DNA from: a virus
Taxonomy: Duplodnaviria; Caudoviricetes
Virus record (IMG/VR): IMGVR_UViG_3300046778_000343
Span: 1 to 34,773 of that record
Direction: 5' to 3' (one strand)
Length of the DNA stretch: 34,773 bases
Under the pieces are notes generated by a model. The model saw only the letters and a list, made by a program, of their open reading frames with translations, made no database searches and was not told the origin of the DNA. The position numbers and the translations under genes were made by a program. Below, one piece after another: positions 18,590 to 27,019 of the stretch; the first letter of the stretch is position 1, and every line of letters begins with the position of its first letter.

Positions 18590-20133
18590 TGGCACGCAAT
18601 CAGAGGAAAAGGGATAAAGAGAAAGTAGATGCCTATTTAAGCAAGTTAGACATTGCACGTACGGCGACATCGGTTGATGCTTTTGAAACATTGACCGATA
18701 AGATAAACCGTATTCATAAGGCAAAAACGGATGTAAAATATTTCGTTGAAACATACTTGCCTCATTATGCCACGGCCGAAAGTGCCGCCTTTCAATTGGA
18801 ATTTGCCCAAATGGTTGCCAACGACCCACTTTTCAAAGGTTTTGCCGAATGGGGCCGAGGGCTTGCCAAATCTGTTTGGTGCGATGTCATCATACCTCTT
18901 TGGTTATGGGTTCGTGGTGAGGATATTTTCTTTTGTTTGATGTCTGATAGCAAGGAACGAGCCGAGGAACTGCTTTGCGATGTACAAGCCGAATTGGAGG
19001 GCAACTCATTACTAATACATGATTTTGGCGAGCAAAAATGTGAGGGCGATTGGGCAATAGGAAATTTCAAAACTATTGACCAACGTTTTATTGGAATGGC
19101 TTTTGGTACGAAAAAGAAAGTGCGCGGTATTCGTGTAAAGCAACGCCGCCCGACACTTTGGGTCATTGATGACTTAGAGACCCCCGACACAATATCGAAC
19201 CCCAAACGGATGCGCAAACAATCCGAAATCATTGAACGTGATGTAATACCGACCATGACGGGGGCACATAGACGTGTGCTTTATGCAAATAATAAATTTG
19301 CAAGGGTGATGACACAAACCATGCTGCAAGAAAAACATCCGCACTGGGTTGTTCATCAAATTTGTGCCTACAACAAAGCCACATACAAACCCGCTTGGAA
19401 TTATTATACGGCCGATTATTACAGAGAGCAAGAAATGGACATGGGAATACCTGCCGCATACGCAGAATATAACCACGAAACCAAATTGGAGGGCAAAAAC
19501 TTTAGTGAGGACGATATCCAATGGGCGACACTCCCGGACTGGTTCGATTTTAAGATGATTATTGTGCATTGGGATATTGCATATACCGACAATGACACAA
19601 GCGACTACAATGCCGTCAAAGCATGGGGCGTGTGCAAAAACAATAAGTTTTGGAAAATAGACTGTTTTGTAAAGCAAGCCAAAATGAATCTCCCATGTGA
19701 TTGGATGTGTGAGTTTAAAAAGTCATTGCCACAAGGTGTAAATGTATTATTCCAATATGAATCACAATTTTGGAATGAGGAGGTGCAACGAAACATTGAC
19801 GAGGCCGAGGACCGAAACGATGTAGTCCTTAACATGATGAAAGTGAGCACACCCAAAGTTAATAAACTGGGGCGTATGCTTACAATGGTACCCTATTATA
19901 AAAACGGGCGTATCTACTACAATATCAAACTGAAAAGCCACAACGATACACAAGTTGCCATCATGCAGTTGTGTGCCGTAGAAGAGGGCAGCACCGAACA
20001 TGACGATAGCCCCGATGCAGATAGAGAGGCACTTTCAGCACTCGAAAAATATGTTGCACCCGTCAAAAAGAAAAAGGAGGGCGAAAAGTCGTACCGCGTT
20101 GGAAAAATGAAACGTAAAGATTATACACTATGA
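18589..20133 (+). CDS. Terminase large subunit
   Basis: Walker A-like WGRGLAKS, RG.R..RP...VIDDLE Walker B, nuclease WD.AY, SDY and HDDSPDA. Confidence 0.92.
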   Translation: MARNQRKRDKEKVDAYLSKLDIARTATSVDAFETLTDKINRIHKAKTDVKYFVETYLPHYATAESAAFQLEFAQMVANDPLFKGFAEWGRGLAKSVWCDVIIPLWLWVRGEDIFFCLMSDSKERAEELLCDVQAELEGNSLLIHDFGEQKCEGDWAIGNFKTIDQRFIGMAFGTKKKVRGIRVKQRRPTLWVIDDLETPDTISNPKRMRKQSEIIERDVIPTMTGAHRRVLYANNKFARVMTQTMLQEKHPHWVVHQICAYNKATYKPAWNYYTADYYREQEMDMGIPAAYAEYNHETKLEGKNFSEDDIQWATLPDWFDFKMIIVHWDIAYTDNDTSDYNAVKAWGVCKNNKFWKIDCFVKQAKMNLPCDWMCEFKKSLPQGVNVLFQYESQFWNEEVQRNIDEAEDRNDVVLNMMKVSTPKVNKLGRMLTMVPYYKNGRIYYNIKLKSHNDTQVAIMQLCAVEEGSTEHDDSPDADREALSALEKYVAPVKKKKEGEKSYRVGKMKRKDYTL

Positions 20134-20582
20134 TATATTTGATAAAAGAGGACTTGGTCGAAGTTATCCAAGAAAAATTGTTAGATGACAGTTTACAACT
20201 GGATGACACAATAATTGACGGCTTAGAAAAAAAGGCGATTGCATTTGCCGTGTCCTATATATCCGGACGATATAAAGTAGATGAAATATTCGGGGGCACA
20301 TGGTATGAAGATGACGACACACAACCGACCACATCTATAAAAAGGAGTCCGCTATTGGTGCAATCCATTGCAATGATAGTAGTGTATAGGGCGGTGCGTA
20401 GAAATGCCGCCCGTAAAGTGCCAGACGATTACACTGATATATATAAGGAGGCAATCAGAATTTTAGAAAACACACAAAAAGGCTCGCAAAAATTGCCTGG
20501 ACTACCCGAAAACTCGGGCGATGGAACAAGTAGTGCAAAGCTAATGTATGGTAACACAACAAATGATAATTACTTTTTATAG
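20130..20582 (+). CDS. Head-tail adaptor (Mu gp36/DUF1320-like)
   Basis: SYISGRY, R.PLL...I.VY, Y..AIR.LE...G...PGLP pattern. Confidence 0.8.
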   Translation: MIYLIKEDLVEVIQEKLLDDSLQLDDTIIDGLEKKAIAFAVSYISGRYKVDEIFGGTWYEDDDTQPTTSIKRSPLLVQSIAMIVVYRAVRRNAARKVPDDYTDIYKEAIRILENTQKGSQKLPGLPENSGDGTSSAKLMYGNTTNDNYFL

Positions 20583-21872
20583 ATGAGAAATATAGTAGAT
20601 AAGGCAGCAGGTTGGTTACTATCCAAAGCAAGTCGAAACATTGTGGTATCTGAATATCACAAACGCTCGGCTGGTAAGCGTATAGACTATACGCGCCAAG
20701 TAACACAACTGAACCGTAAGGAGGTAAAAGATTATATAAATGCGATATCATCAGCAACCGACCCCGATAATCCACGCATGGGCGATTGGTTTCGGTTCCG
20801 TCATATTTTCAAAAACGATGACCATTTGATTAGTTGTGTCGAAAATCGGTATATGCCCGTGCAATGTGCCCCCTACAAATTAGTAGATAGTAACGGTGAC
20901 GAAAACGAGGTCGCAAAAAAACTACTTGAACGTCCATGGATGTTAGACCTTGTTAAAATGGTTGTCTGTGAAAATTTTGAGGGTGTAAAACTCCTTTGCA
21001 TGTTTGAGACGAACGAAAATGGCGAGCTCAAAGAAATAGAGGAAATACCGCAATCCAATTTTATACCACAAAAGGGTATCATCATAAATGAAGAGTACGA
21101 CGACCAGGGCACAAGTTATCGCGAGGGCATTTATAAAAATTACTATTTCCAAGTCGGCAACGATTGGAACCTCGGCGATTATTCGGGATTAGCAACTATT
21201 GTGCTAGCTAAAAAGTTGGCACTGGGTGCATGGCTGTCATATATTGACAAATACGGTGTGCCTCCCATATTTGCTATTACCGATCGAATGGATGAAACAA
21301 GACGGGATGAACTTTTTGAAATGTTGGAAAATTTCCGAATGAATCATTTTGCCGTATTGCAGGGCAATGAAAAAATAGAAACACCACAAGGTTATAATGT
21401 GGATGCTTTCAATACTTTCAAATCGTTGATATCAGATATTGCGGACAAAGCAATTAGTAAACGTCTTTTGGGTAGTTCGGGATTGACAGACGAAAAATCA
21501 TTTGTTGGTTCGGCCGAGGCACAAGAACGCATCTTAAAAATGCGTATTGAGGTTGACAAACTGAAATTCAAATACATATTCAATACCGAGATAAAACCAC
21601 GGCTAATCAAACTAAGCCCGATATATGCCCCATTGGCAAATCTTGATTTTGAATATGACGAAAGCGAATCATTGACCCTCAAAGAGATATTGGAGGCAAT
21701 AAAAGACTTATCGCCATACTTTGAATTTGATATTGAGGAATTGATACAAATAACGGGATTACCTATTACCAAAATAAAAAGCATGCTTGGTCTGTCATTC
21801 GATGACCCGAAAAAGGAGGAAAAAGACCCATCGAAAGAAACCGACCCTCAAAAAAAAAAAAGGATAAATTAA
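20583..21872 (+). CDS. Portal protein (Mu gp29/DUF935-like)
   Basis: DDHL, W..YIDKYGVP, ISKRLLG motifs; ends PQKKK in an A12 tract. Confidence 0.9.
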   Translation: MRNIVDKAAGWLLSKASRNIVVSEYHKRSAGKRIDYTRQVTQLNRKEVKDYINAISSATDPDNPRMGDWFRFRHIFKNDDHLISCVENRYMPVQCAPYKLVDSNGDENEVAKKLLERPWMLDLVKMVVCENFEGVKLLCMFETNENGELKEIEEIPQSNFIPQKGIIINEEYDDQGTSYREGIYKNYYFQVGNDWNLGDYSGLATIVLAKKLALGAWLSYIDKYGVPPIFAITDRMDETRRDELFEMLENFRMNHFAVLQGNEKIETPQGYNVDAFNTFKSLISDIADKAISKRLLGSSGLTDEKSFVGSAEAQERILKMRIEVDKLKFKYIFNTEIKPRLIKLSPIYAPLANLDFEYDESESLTLKEILEAIKDLSPYFEFDIEELIQITGLPITKIKSMLGLSFDDPKKEEKDPSKETDPQKKKRIN

Positions 21873-23143
21873 AAAGTTTCTCTTTGCTTGGACCATTGGC
21901 ATGGCAAACTCCCAATTTTAAAAATACGGGATTGGTTTATGCAGGCACATGGGATAAGGCATTTGATGAGCTGATAGAGCAAATACGGGAAGGCAAAACC
22001 ACTGCCAACGATATAGACAAAGAGTTTATATTGAAAACCTATGACCGATTGAACAAAGCGGCTCAAAACGGATATGGTAAAGAGTATTATAGTGATGATG
22101 TTTCCCGTAAGATGCGCGAAAACCTTTTACGCTTTGCAACTACCAAAACACACATACAACAAAAGGAATTACAACTTTATAGTGATTCTATTGATAGCAA
22201 AAAACAATATGCCGAGGAATCAAAAAAATATCTGAATTTGCAGAATGGGCAATATTTGAATGTGCAGGCGGCTTGGTCGGCAAGGTCTGCCCAGTCAGCA
22301 AGGCAATGGGGTGAGTTTATGCGAGACAAAGATATTTACGGATGTCTCAAAGTCCGCACCATGAATGACGGCGATGTAAGACCGGCACATGCTGTTTTGG
22401 AGGGTTTTGTTATCAGTTTGGATGATCCCGATATTGACAGATACATTGTGCCGTTCGACCCAAATTGCCGATGCTGGAACGAGCAAACCAGAGACAAACC
22501 GAACGACCAAGCCCCGGACTGGGAACCCGACCCACAATGGCAAGGAAACCCGGGGCGAACTGGTGAGGTATTCAATGATGATAATAGTTATAATCAGCAA
22601 GTCGAAAACAACGAAACCCGTTTGGAGATACGCAGGCAAGCCGAACTCACAAAACAATACCTGCCCTATAATCGCATCATTAATGTAGGCGAAAACAAAG
22701 TATATGTCAATGATTTTGCCGATACCTCGGACATGGAGCAAAACATCGAGGCGGCCAAGAAAATGGCCGAGGCTTTGGAAAAAGATATCTATATACGATA
22801 TCATGTGGAGGGTGGCATCGTGAAAGGGCATAAAAACCCCGAATTGGGTATCGGTAAAGTCTCAACACTGGGCGACCTCAAAACATACGACGGCACAAGT
22901 AAGTTTGAAAACTTTATAAAAAACAACATCAAGAAAGCTAATCATCAAGGGGCACAATATGTTGTTTTGGATGTAAGCAATAAGGCTGATTTGTCCGATA
23001 TCAATAGACTATTATATAGCACATTGAGAGAAAATAACAAGAATATCAAACGAGTAGTTTTAATAAAAAACAAACAAGTAGTTGAAATAACCCGAAAACA
23101 ATTGGATAAAAAGGACTTTTCCAAATTAGACCCTATCAAATAA
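21860..23143 (+). CDS. MuF (gp30-like) head protein with C-terminal CdiA-like PD-(D/E)xK nuclease domain; likely made as a portal fusion
   Basis: MuF motif D..VRPAHA.LEG...P..PNCRC; C-terminal NPE...GDLK...IKKA..QGA..VVLD; only a TTG start at 21884, and the frame is open back into the A12 tract. Confidence 0.8.
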   Translation, partial: KDKLKSFSLLGPLAWQTPNFKNTGLVYAGTWDKAFDELIEQIREGKTTANDIDKEFILKTYDRLNKAAQNGYGKEYYSDDVSRKMRENLLRFATTKTHIQQKELQLYSDSIDSKKQYAEESKKYLNLQNGQYLNVQAAWSARSAQSARQWGEFMRDKDIYGCLKVRTMNDGDVRPAHAVLEGFVISLDDPDIDRYIVPFDPNCRCWNEQTRDKPNDQAPDWEPDPQWQGNPGRTGEVFNDDNSYNQQVENNETRLEIRRQAELTKQYLPYNRIINVGENKVYVNDFADTSDMEQNIEAAKKMAEALEKDIYIRYHVEGGIVKGHKNPELGIGKVSTLGDLKTYDGTSKFENFIKNNIKKANHQGAQYVVLDVSNKADLSDINRLLYSTLRENNKNIKRVVLIKNKQVVEITRKQLDKKDFSKLDPIK

Positions 23144-23216
23144 AAAAGAGCAACAAACTAGGGGTCTATCGCTCTTTTCGGGAGATACTCAGTCCTTACG
23201 GGCTTTGCATCATTAG
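23142..23216 (-). ncRNA. Candidate ~75-nt structured small RNA convergent with the MuF-nuclease gene
   Basis: Minus-strand TATATTTG -7 box (23228-23221); GUAA-capped hairpin 23211-23184; 15-bp terminator stem 23178-23144 with three G-U pairs valid only on the minus strand, ending in U6. Confidence 0.6.
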
Positions 23217-23238
23217 ACTACAAATATATGAGTTATTT

Positions 23239-23820
23239 ATGGCATCAAGAAACAAACCGCCTAATTTTTCGCTTGTGGCTAAGGAACTTATCGGAAAACG
23301 TCCGCGAATGGTAGCCATAGAAGCAATGAAGTTTTTTAAAGATTGTTTCCAAAAGGGAGGTTGGACTGATGAGAGTTTCCAAGAATGGAAAAAGAGGACC
23401 AGCCCATTGGGAGGAAAAAAGATATTGATTGGTGGTGCTGGGGCAAATACAATGAACCTCATGCAAAGCATCCGCACATTGGAGGAAAGCGAAAAGCAGG
23501 TGCGCACGGGTACTGAATTGATATATGGAGCCACACACAACGAGGGTGCCGAAATAACGGTAACACTCAAAATGAAAAAATATTGGTGGGCAAAGTATTA
23601 TGAGTTTGCAGGTAAATTGACCAAAACGAAAAACGGCAAAGTCTCAAACTCGGCTAAAAATAGGACTACCAATGCCAAAGCGGAATATTGCAAGCGTATG
23701 GCACTTATGAAAGTAGGTAGCAAAATAAAGATTCCGAAACGGCAATTTATTGGAGAAAGTAAAACGTTGCTCAATCAATTTGAAAAGTGGTTTGCTGACC
23801 AGATAGACGAATTGAAATGA
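23239..23820 (+). CDS. Virion morphogenesis / tail completion protein (Mu gpG, P2 gpS-like)
   Basis: F...GW....W..R, L..SI, YGATHNEG, IPKRQFIG motifs. Confidence 0.88.
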   Translation: MASRNKPPNFSLVAKELIGKRPRMVAIEAMKFFKDCFQKGGWTDESFQEWKKRTSPLGGKKILIGGAGANTMNLMQSIRTLEESEKQVRTGTELIYGATHNEGAEITVTLKMKKYWWAKYYEFAGKLTKTKNGKVSNSAKNRTTNAKAEYCKRMALMKVGSKIKIPKRQFIGESKTLLNQFEKWFADQIDELK

Positions 23821-23851
23821 ATTTAAACGACATTTAAATTGTATTTATATT

Positions 23852-24394
23852 ATGCAATATTGGAATGACTTATACAAAGAATTGACAAAAAAGATATCGG
23901 ATAATTTGCCCGAAATCGAATGGGTGGACCTATGGCATGAGCAAGTTAGCTTTTTGACAGAGGAATTGCCATTTGGCACACCTGCAATATTTCTCGGATT
24001 CTCAACGGTAGATATCAGCGACCGAGGCATATTGGTGCAAGATTGCAACACCCAAATAGATATGTATTTGTTTTATGAAACATTTTCGGATACTTATTTC
24101 GGTAGTTCCAACCAAGACCGAGCTCTTGAATATCTTAATAGTTTGACGAAACTACATGCCCTTTTCCATGGTAAAAATGGCGACAATTATAGTAGTATGC
24201 GGCGTGTGGATATGAGACGGGAGGAAAGCGGCGGGGCTGGGAACTTATATCGTATTTCGTTTCAATGTCTGGTTACTGATTATTCGGCTCAACATCTGTT
24301 TGTTGAAAGTGAGAACCCGGATGCACAACTTGAAATAGAAAAAGGCGGCATACCATCGAAAGATGATGCACCGCCCTTGTATGATGTTGATTGA
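23852..24394 (+). CDS. Putative tail terminator / neck protein (gp37-position)
   Basis: IEWVDLW.EQ...PF..PAIFL pattern; last gene of plus-strand late operon. Confidence 0.6.
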   Translation: MQYWNDLYKELTKKISDNLPEIEWVDLWHEQVSFLTEELPFGTPAIFLGFSTVDISDRGILVQDCNTQIDMYLFYETFSDTYFGSSNQDRALEYLNSLTKLHALFHGKNGDNYSSMRRVDMRREESGGAGNLYRISFQCLVTDYSAQHLFVESENPDAQLEIEKGGIPSKDDAPPLYDVD

Positions 24395-24395
24395 A

Positions 24396-24590
24396 TTATT
24401 CTTGAATTTCTTTTTTAAAGACACATAAAAATAATCTTTGTTTTGGACCTGCCGTATATGGTGCGGTTTCAACTGGTTGCATAGATACTAATTCTAATCC
24501 TTTTTTTCCAGCTTCTTCTGTTAATATTTGAGCCATTTGTTGTGGACTCTCATATATTAATTCCATTGAATGATATTCAAACTTTTTCAT
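24396..24590 (-). CDS. Small DUF4177-like protein (moron)
   Basis: MKKFEY...L...GKKGLELVS...FKK pattern. Confidence 0.65.
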   Translation of the reverse strand: MKKFEYHSMELIYESPQQMAQILTEEAGKKGLELVSMQPVETAPYTAGPKQRLFLCVFKKEIQE

Positions 24591-24595
24591 ATTAT

Positions 24596-25036
24596 TTAAG
24601 GTCTAAAAATGATACTATGTGTTGTTGATTCTGTTAAATTCCCAATATGCCCTTGGTCGTACACTTCTGAATAAAAGGCACTTTCTACAATAATTGTAAC
24701 GGGTCTTTTAGTATATTTTGGATTGATTGAAATAGTACCATCATCACCAATTGTTGCGTTTTGGTCAGCTGAGAAAGTATTTCCTTTCGGGCTTGTATAA
24801 GTACCACCAAGGTTATATGTATATTCGTTTGTAGGTGTCAAATCAAAAAACAAATACACTTTTGCCCCTTTGTCTGCAAATGTTTGCCCGGGACTGTCTG
24901 TCTTTTCGTAACGTGTTGTTACTTTCAATACAATGCCATTGCTACCGCTGTTGTCGTCATCGTCGCTATCACTACAAGAATAAAAAGAGAATGAGAGCAA
25001 CGATACACACATTAAAATAGATAATAATTTTTTCAT
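24596..25036 (-). CDS. Surface lipoprotein (moron)
   Basis: MKK-hydrophobic-FYS-C followed by acidic SDSDDDD, resembling the Bacteroidota lipoprotein export signal. Confidence 0.85.
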   Translation of the reverse strand: MKKLLSILMCVSLLSFSFYSCSDSDDDDNSGSNGIVLKVTTRYEKTDSPGQTFADKGAKVYLFFDLTPTNEYTYNLGGTYTSPKGNTFSADQNATIGDDGTISINPKYTKRPVTIIVESAFYSEVYDQGHIGNLTESTTHSIIFRP

Positions 25037-25245
25037 CTTGTATATACTTCTAATATTATTACATTGTTCAGAGTTCTATTGTTTTTTATTACATCTTCAG
25101 CATCTTCTTTTCTAGCGAATTTAATTAAATTCTCATCCCAAAATGTCATTAGACCACCACCCATATAAGCAGCGACTTTTTCATTTTCATGTTTTCTGTA
25201 ATATTGCTCACTGAAAACATCTTTTATAACATATACTTTTTCCAT
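25033..25245 (-). CDS. Hypothetical protein (moron)
   Basis: 70-aa AT-rich ORF coupled (ATGA) to the lipoprotein; own promoter upstream. Confidence 0.7.
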   Translation of the reverse strand: MEKVYVIKDVFSEQYYRKHENEKVAAYMGGGLMTFWDENLIKFARKEDAEDVIKNNRTLNNVIILEVYTR

Positions 25246-25277
25246 TTGTCAATATTTTAATTCTTCGATTTATAACT

Positions 25278-25308
25278 CAAATGTAGATATTTTAATTTCA
25301 CCCAACAA
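25278..25308 (-). promoter_or_regulatory. Bacteroidota housekeeping promoter for moron cassette
   Basis: TACATTTG (25285-25278) with TTG (25308-25306) 20 nt upstream. Confidence 0.7.
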
Positions 25309-25333
25309 GAAAGGCGAGCAATTTTGCCCGCCT
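25304..25333 (-). terminator. Intrinsic terminator ending the early operon
   Basis: Minus strand AGGCGGGCAA-AA-TTGCTCGCCT then TTCTTGTT; the G-U pair forms only on the minus strand. Confidence 0.8.
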
Positions 25334-25344
25334 CATTCTCAATC

Positions 25345-25596
25345 TCACATAAAACTAAATGTCAATTGAGCTCTTTTTGCCAATTCTTTGGCTGCCTCTC
25401 TTATTCTCATTTTTTCTAGTTCTGCCTTGGCTGGTATTTCAAGGTAACTTTGGAACGTCCGCAGCGAAATATGGTATATTGGCTCTATTTCTATATGAAA
25501 GAGTTCTTTTTGCGTCACATAACGCCGTTGCTCTCTAAGCACAATATCTTGTATTTCTGCCACTTTTGTATAAAAGTTACGCTTGTTATATGCCAT
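25345..25596 (-). CDS. Small DNA-binding protein, candidate late-gene activator
   Basis: HTH-like IEPIYHISLRTFQSYL; last early gene, the position of Mu Mor/C-type activators (inference). Confidence 0.55.
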   Translation of the reverse strand: MAYNKRNFYTKVAEIQDIVLREQRRYVTQKELFHIEIEPIYHISLRTFQSYLEIPAKAELEKMRIREAAKELAKRAQLTFSFM

Positions 25597-25611
25597 ATCC
25601 TAAAAATTTTG

Positions 25612-25676
25612 TATTTTTGCTGATGCCACCCAGCCGTTAACAAAACTTTCAGAGATATGTTAGCGGCTTTTATTTT
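25612..25676 (+). ncRNA. Candidate ~50-nt antisense RNA with own -7 box and terminator
   Basis: TATTTTTG (25612-25619); stem AGCCGTTAACA/TGTTAGCGGCT (25632-25668, G-U on plus strand) followed by a T-rich tail. Confidence 0.5.
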
Positions 25677-26047
25677 CCCAGTCTCAAACTTTCCATATAT
25701 TTGGCCTCCTCCTCTTTTATATATTCGTATATATCTTTCCATGGAGGCAAACCGCCAACCTGCTTATCATCAACATACACATGTGCATAAATCTTGCGTG
25801 AATTACTTTGATATTTGACCGTGTTTTCGGGGTGGTTGTCGTTTACCCTATCAAATGGGATATCTTGCTCTTTAAGCCAATTAATGGCTGCCAATTGTTC
25901 TTTATCACATCGGCATGTATTGATAATGATATAATGTCCTTCATCTTTCAAAATTTGCATATATTTTCGAGCGTCCGGGCTTATCATTCCGATGGATGGA
26001 AACGCCCCCATGTGGAGCGTTCCGTCAAAATCTACTGCTATAATCAT
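25670..26047 (-). CDS. HAD-superfamily phosphatase-like protein
   Basis: IIAVDFDGT motif I, INTCR motif II, K..A.VYVDDK motifs III/IV. Confidence 0.85.
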   Translation of the reverse strand: MIIAVDFDGTLHMGAFPSIGMISPDARKYMQILKDEGHYIIINTCRCDKEQLAAINWLKEQDIPFDRVNDNHPENTVKYQSNSRKIYAHVYVDDKQVGGLPPWKDIYEYIKEEEAKYMESLRLGK

Positions 26048-26598
26048 TTCTTATTTTTATTAAATTGTTTTTCTAACTTTTCAAAGTGTTTAGTCATTCG
26101 CTCGGGCGTTTGATTGCCTCCTTTGTCGTAAAATTGGCTATTCTCACTCTCTTGTGTCGCTGTCTGAGTGCGGACATCATCGTATCGTTCAAACCATCCC
26201 ATAACCTTGGGCATATCTATTGATTCGTACAATTCGCCATATTTCCCCAATTTAGCCCATTTAAAAACGAGGTATATATCGGCAATCGTGAAATAATAAT
26301 ATGTGTTTACAACCTCAAAAGCTATTTCTTCAATTTGTTCATCTGATAAATGCCGTTTTGCATTTATCATTTTTCGCATTTGGAGCAAATAAGCCATTAT
26401 TAAATCTTCGATGACTTCATTGCCATAATCGCGTCTTATAATGGCCAGACTAGGGCACAAATCACGATTAGAAGCTAATGCCAAAGCGTCGCCAACACTT
26501 CTTACATGTTGCAACTCACGACTTAAAACGGCGGGAGTTAGCACGCTGGGCAAGTTTGCTTTCGAGACTGTCGCCAGTTTGTTGTTGTCCGTTTCCAT
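26044..26598 (-). CDS. Hypothetical protein (DUF6633-like, possible replication accessory)
   Basis: TIADI.LVF..AK.GKYGELY..ID...VM.WF pattern common in Bacteroidota phages. Confidence 0.6.
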   Translation of the reverse strand: METDNNKLATVSKANLPSVLTPAVLSRELQHVRSVGDALALASNRDLCPSLAIIRRDYGNEVIEDLIMAYLLQMRKMINAKRHLSDEQIEEIAFEVVNTYYYFTIADIYLVFKWAKLGKYGELYESIDMPKVMGWFERYDDVRTQTATQESENSQFYDKGGNQTPERMTKHFEKLEKQFNKNKK

Positions 26599-26989
26599 TT
26601 TGTGTAATGCTTGCCACTATTTCGTTAAACTTATTATTAATCACCGTGAGAGAAAAAGCGTTTTGTTTATACCAGTCGGGCAATTTTATAATCAAAAATA
26701 TAAACGAACCATGCAACAACTCATCGCTTTTGCTTGGTTGTCTATCTTTCAATTTGCCGATTATTGAGGCTAGAGACCTGCCATCCTTTGCCTCGAAAGA
26801 ATAATCTATACCGGTATGTTTTTTGTATGCTTCTAGGAACGTATCGCGACATTGAACAAAGAGTGTTTTTTCTTTCTCTTTGTTTGGTTGCTCATATTCA
26901 ACACCCAATGAAGCGGCGAGCGCTTCACGCAATTGTGCCTTGCTCGCCTTTTGGTTATTGAGTATTTTGATTTGCTGCTCTTTAGTCAT
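26516..26989 (-). CDS. Hypothetical protein (replication-initiator C-terminus-like)
   Basis: 157-aa ORF in operon; W....FSL..IN.KFNEIV followed by a low-complexity tail overlapping the next gene. Confidence 0.6.
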   Translation of the reverse strand: MTKEQQIKILNNQKASKAQLREALAASLGVEYEQPNKEKEKTLFVQCRDTFLEAYKKHTGIDYSFEAKDGRSLASIIGKLKDRQPSKSDELLHGSFIFLIIKLPDWYKQNAFSLTVINNKFNEIVASITQNGNGQQQTGDSLESKLAQRANSRRFKS

Positions 26990-27019
26990 AATTTAAACAT
27001 GGTTTAAATCGTTATTAAA

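Noticed and set aside
23174-23217. Hammerhead ribozyme (CUAAUGA...GAAA on minus strand)
   Set aside because: Core deviates from CUGAUGA, and I could not build stems I/III with a cleavage triplet; GAAA belongs to the terminator stem.
23196-23570. Minus-strand 124-aa ORF as possible MuF immunity gene
   Set aside because: Lies almost entirely antisense to the well-supported tail completion gene; reads as a shadow ORF.
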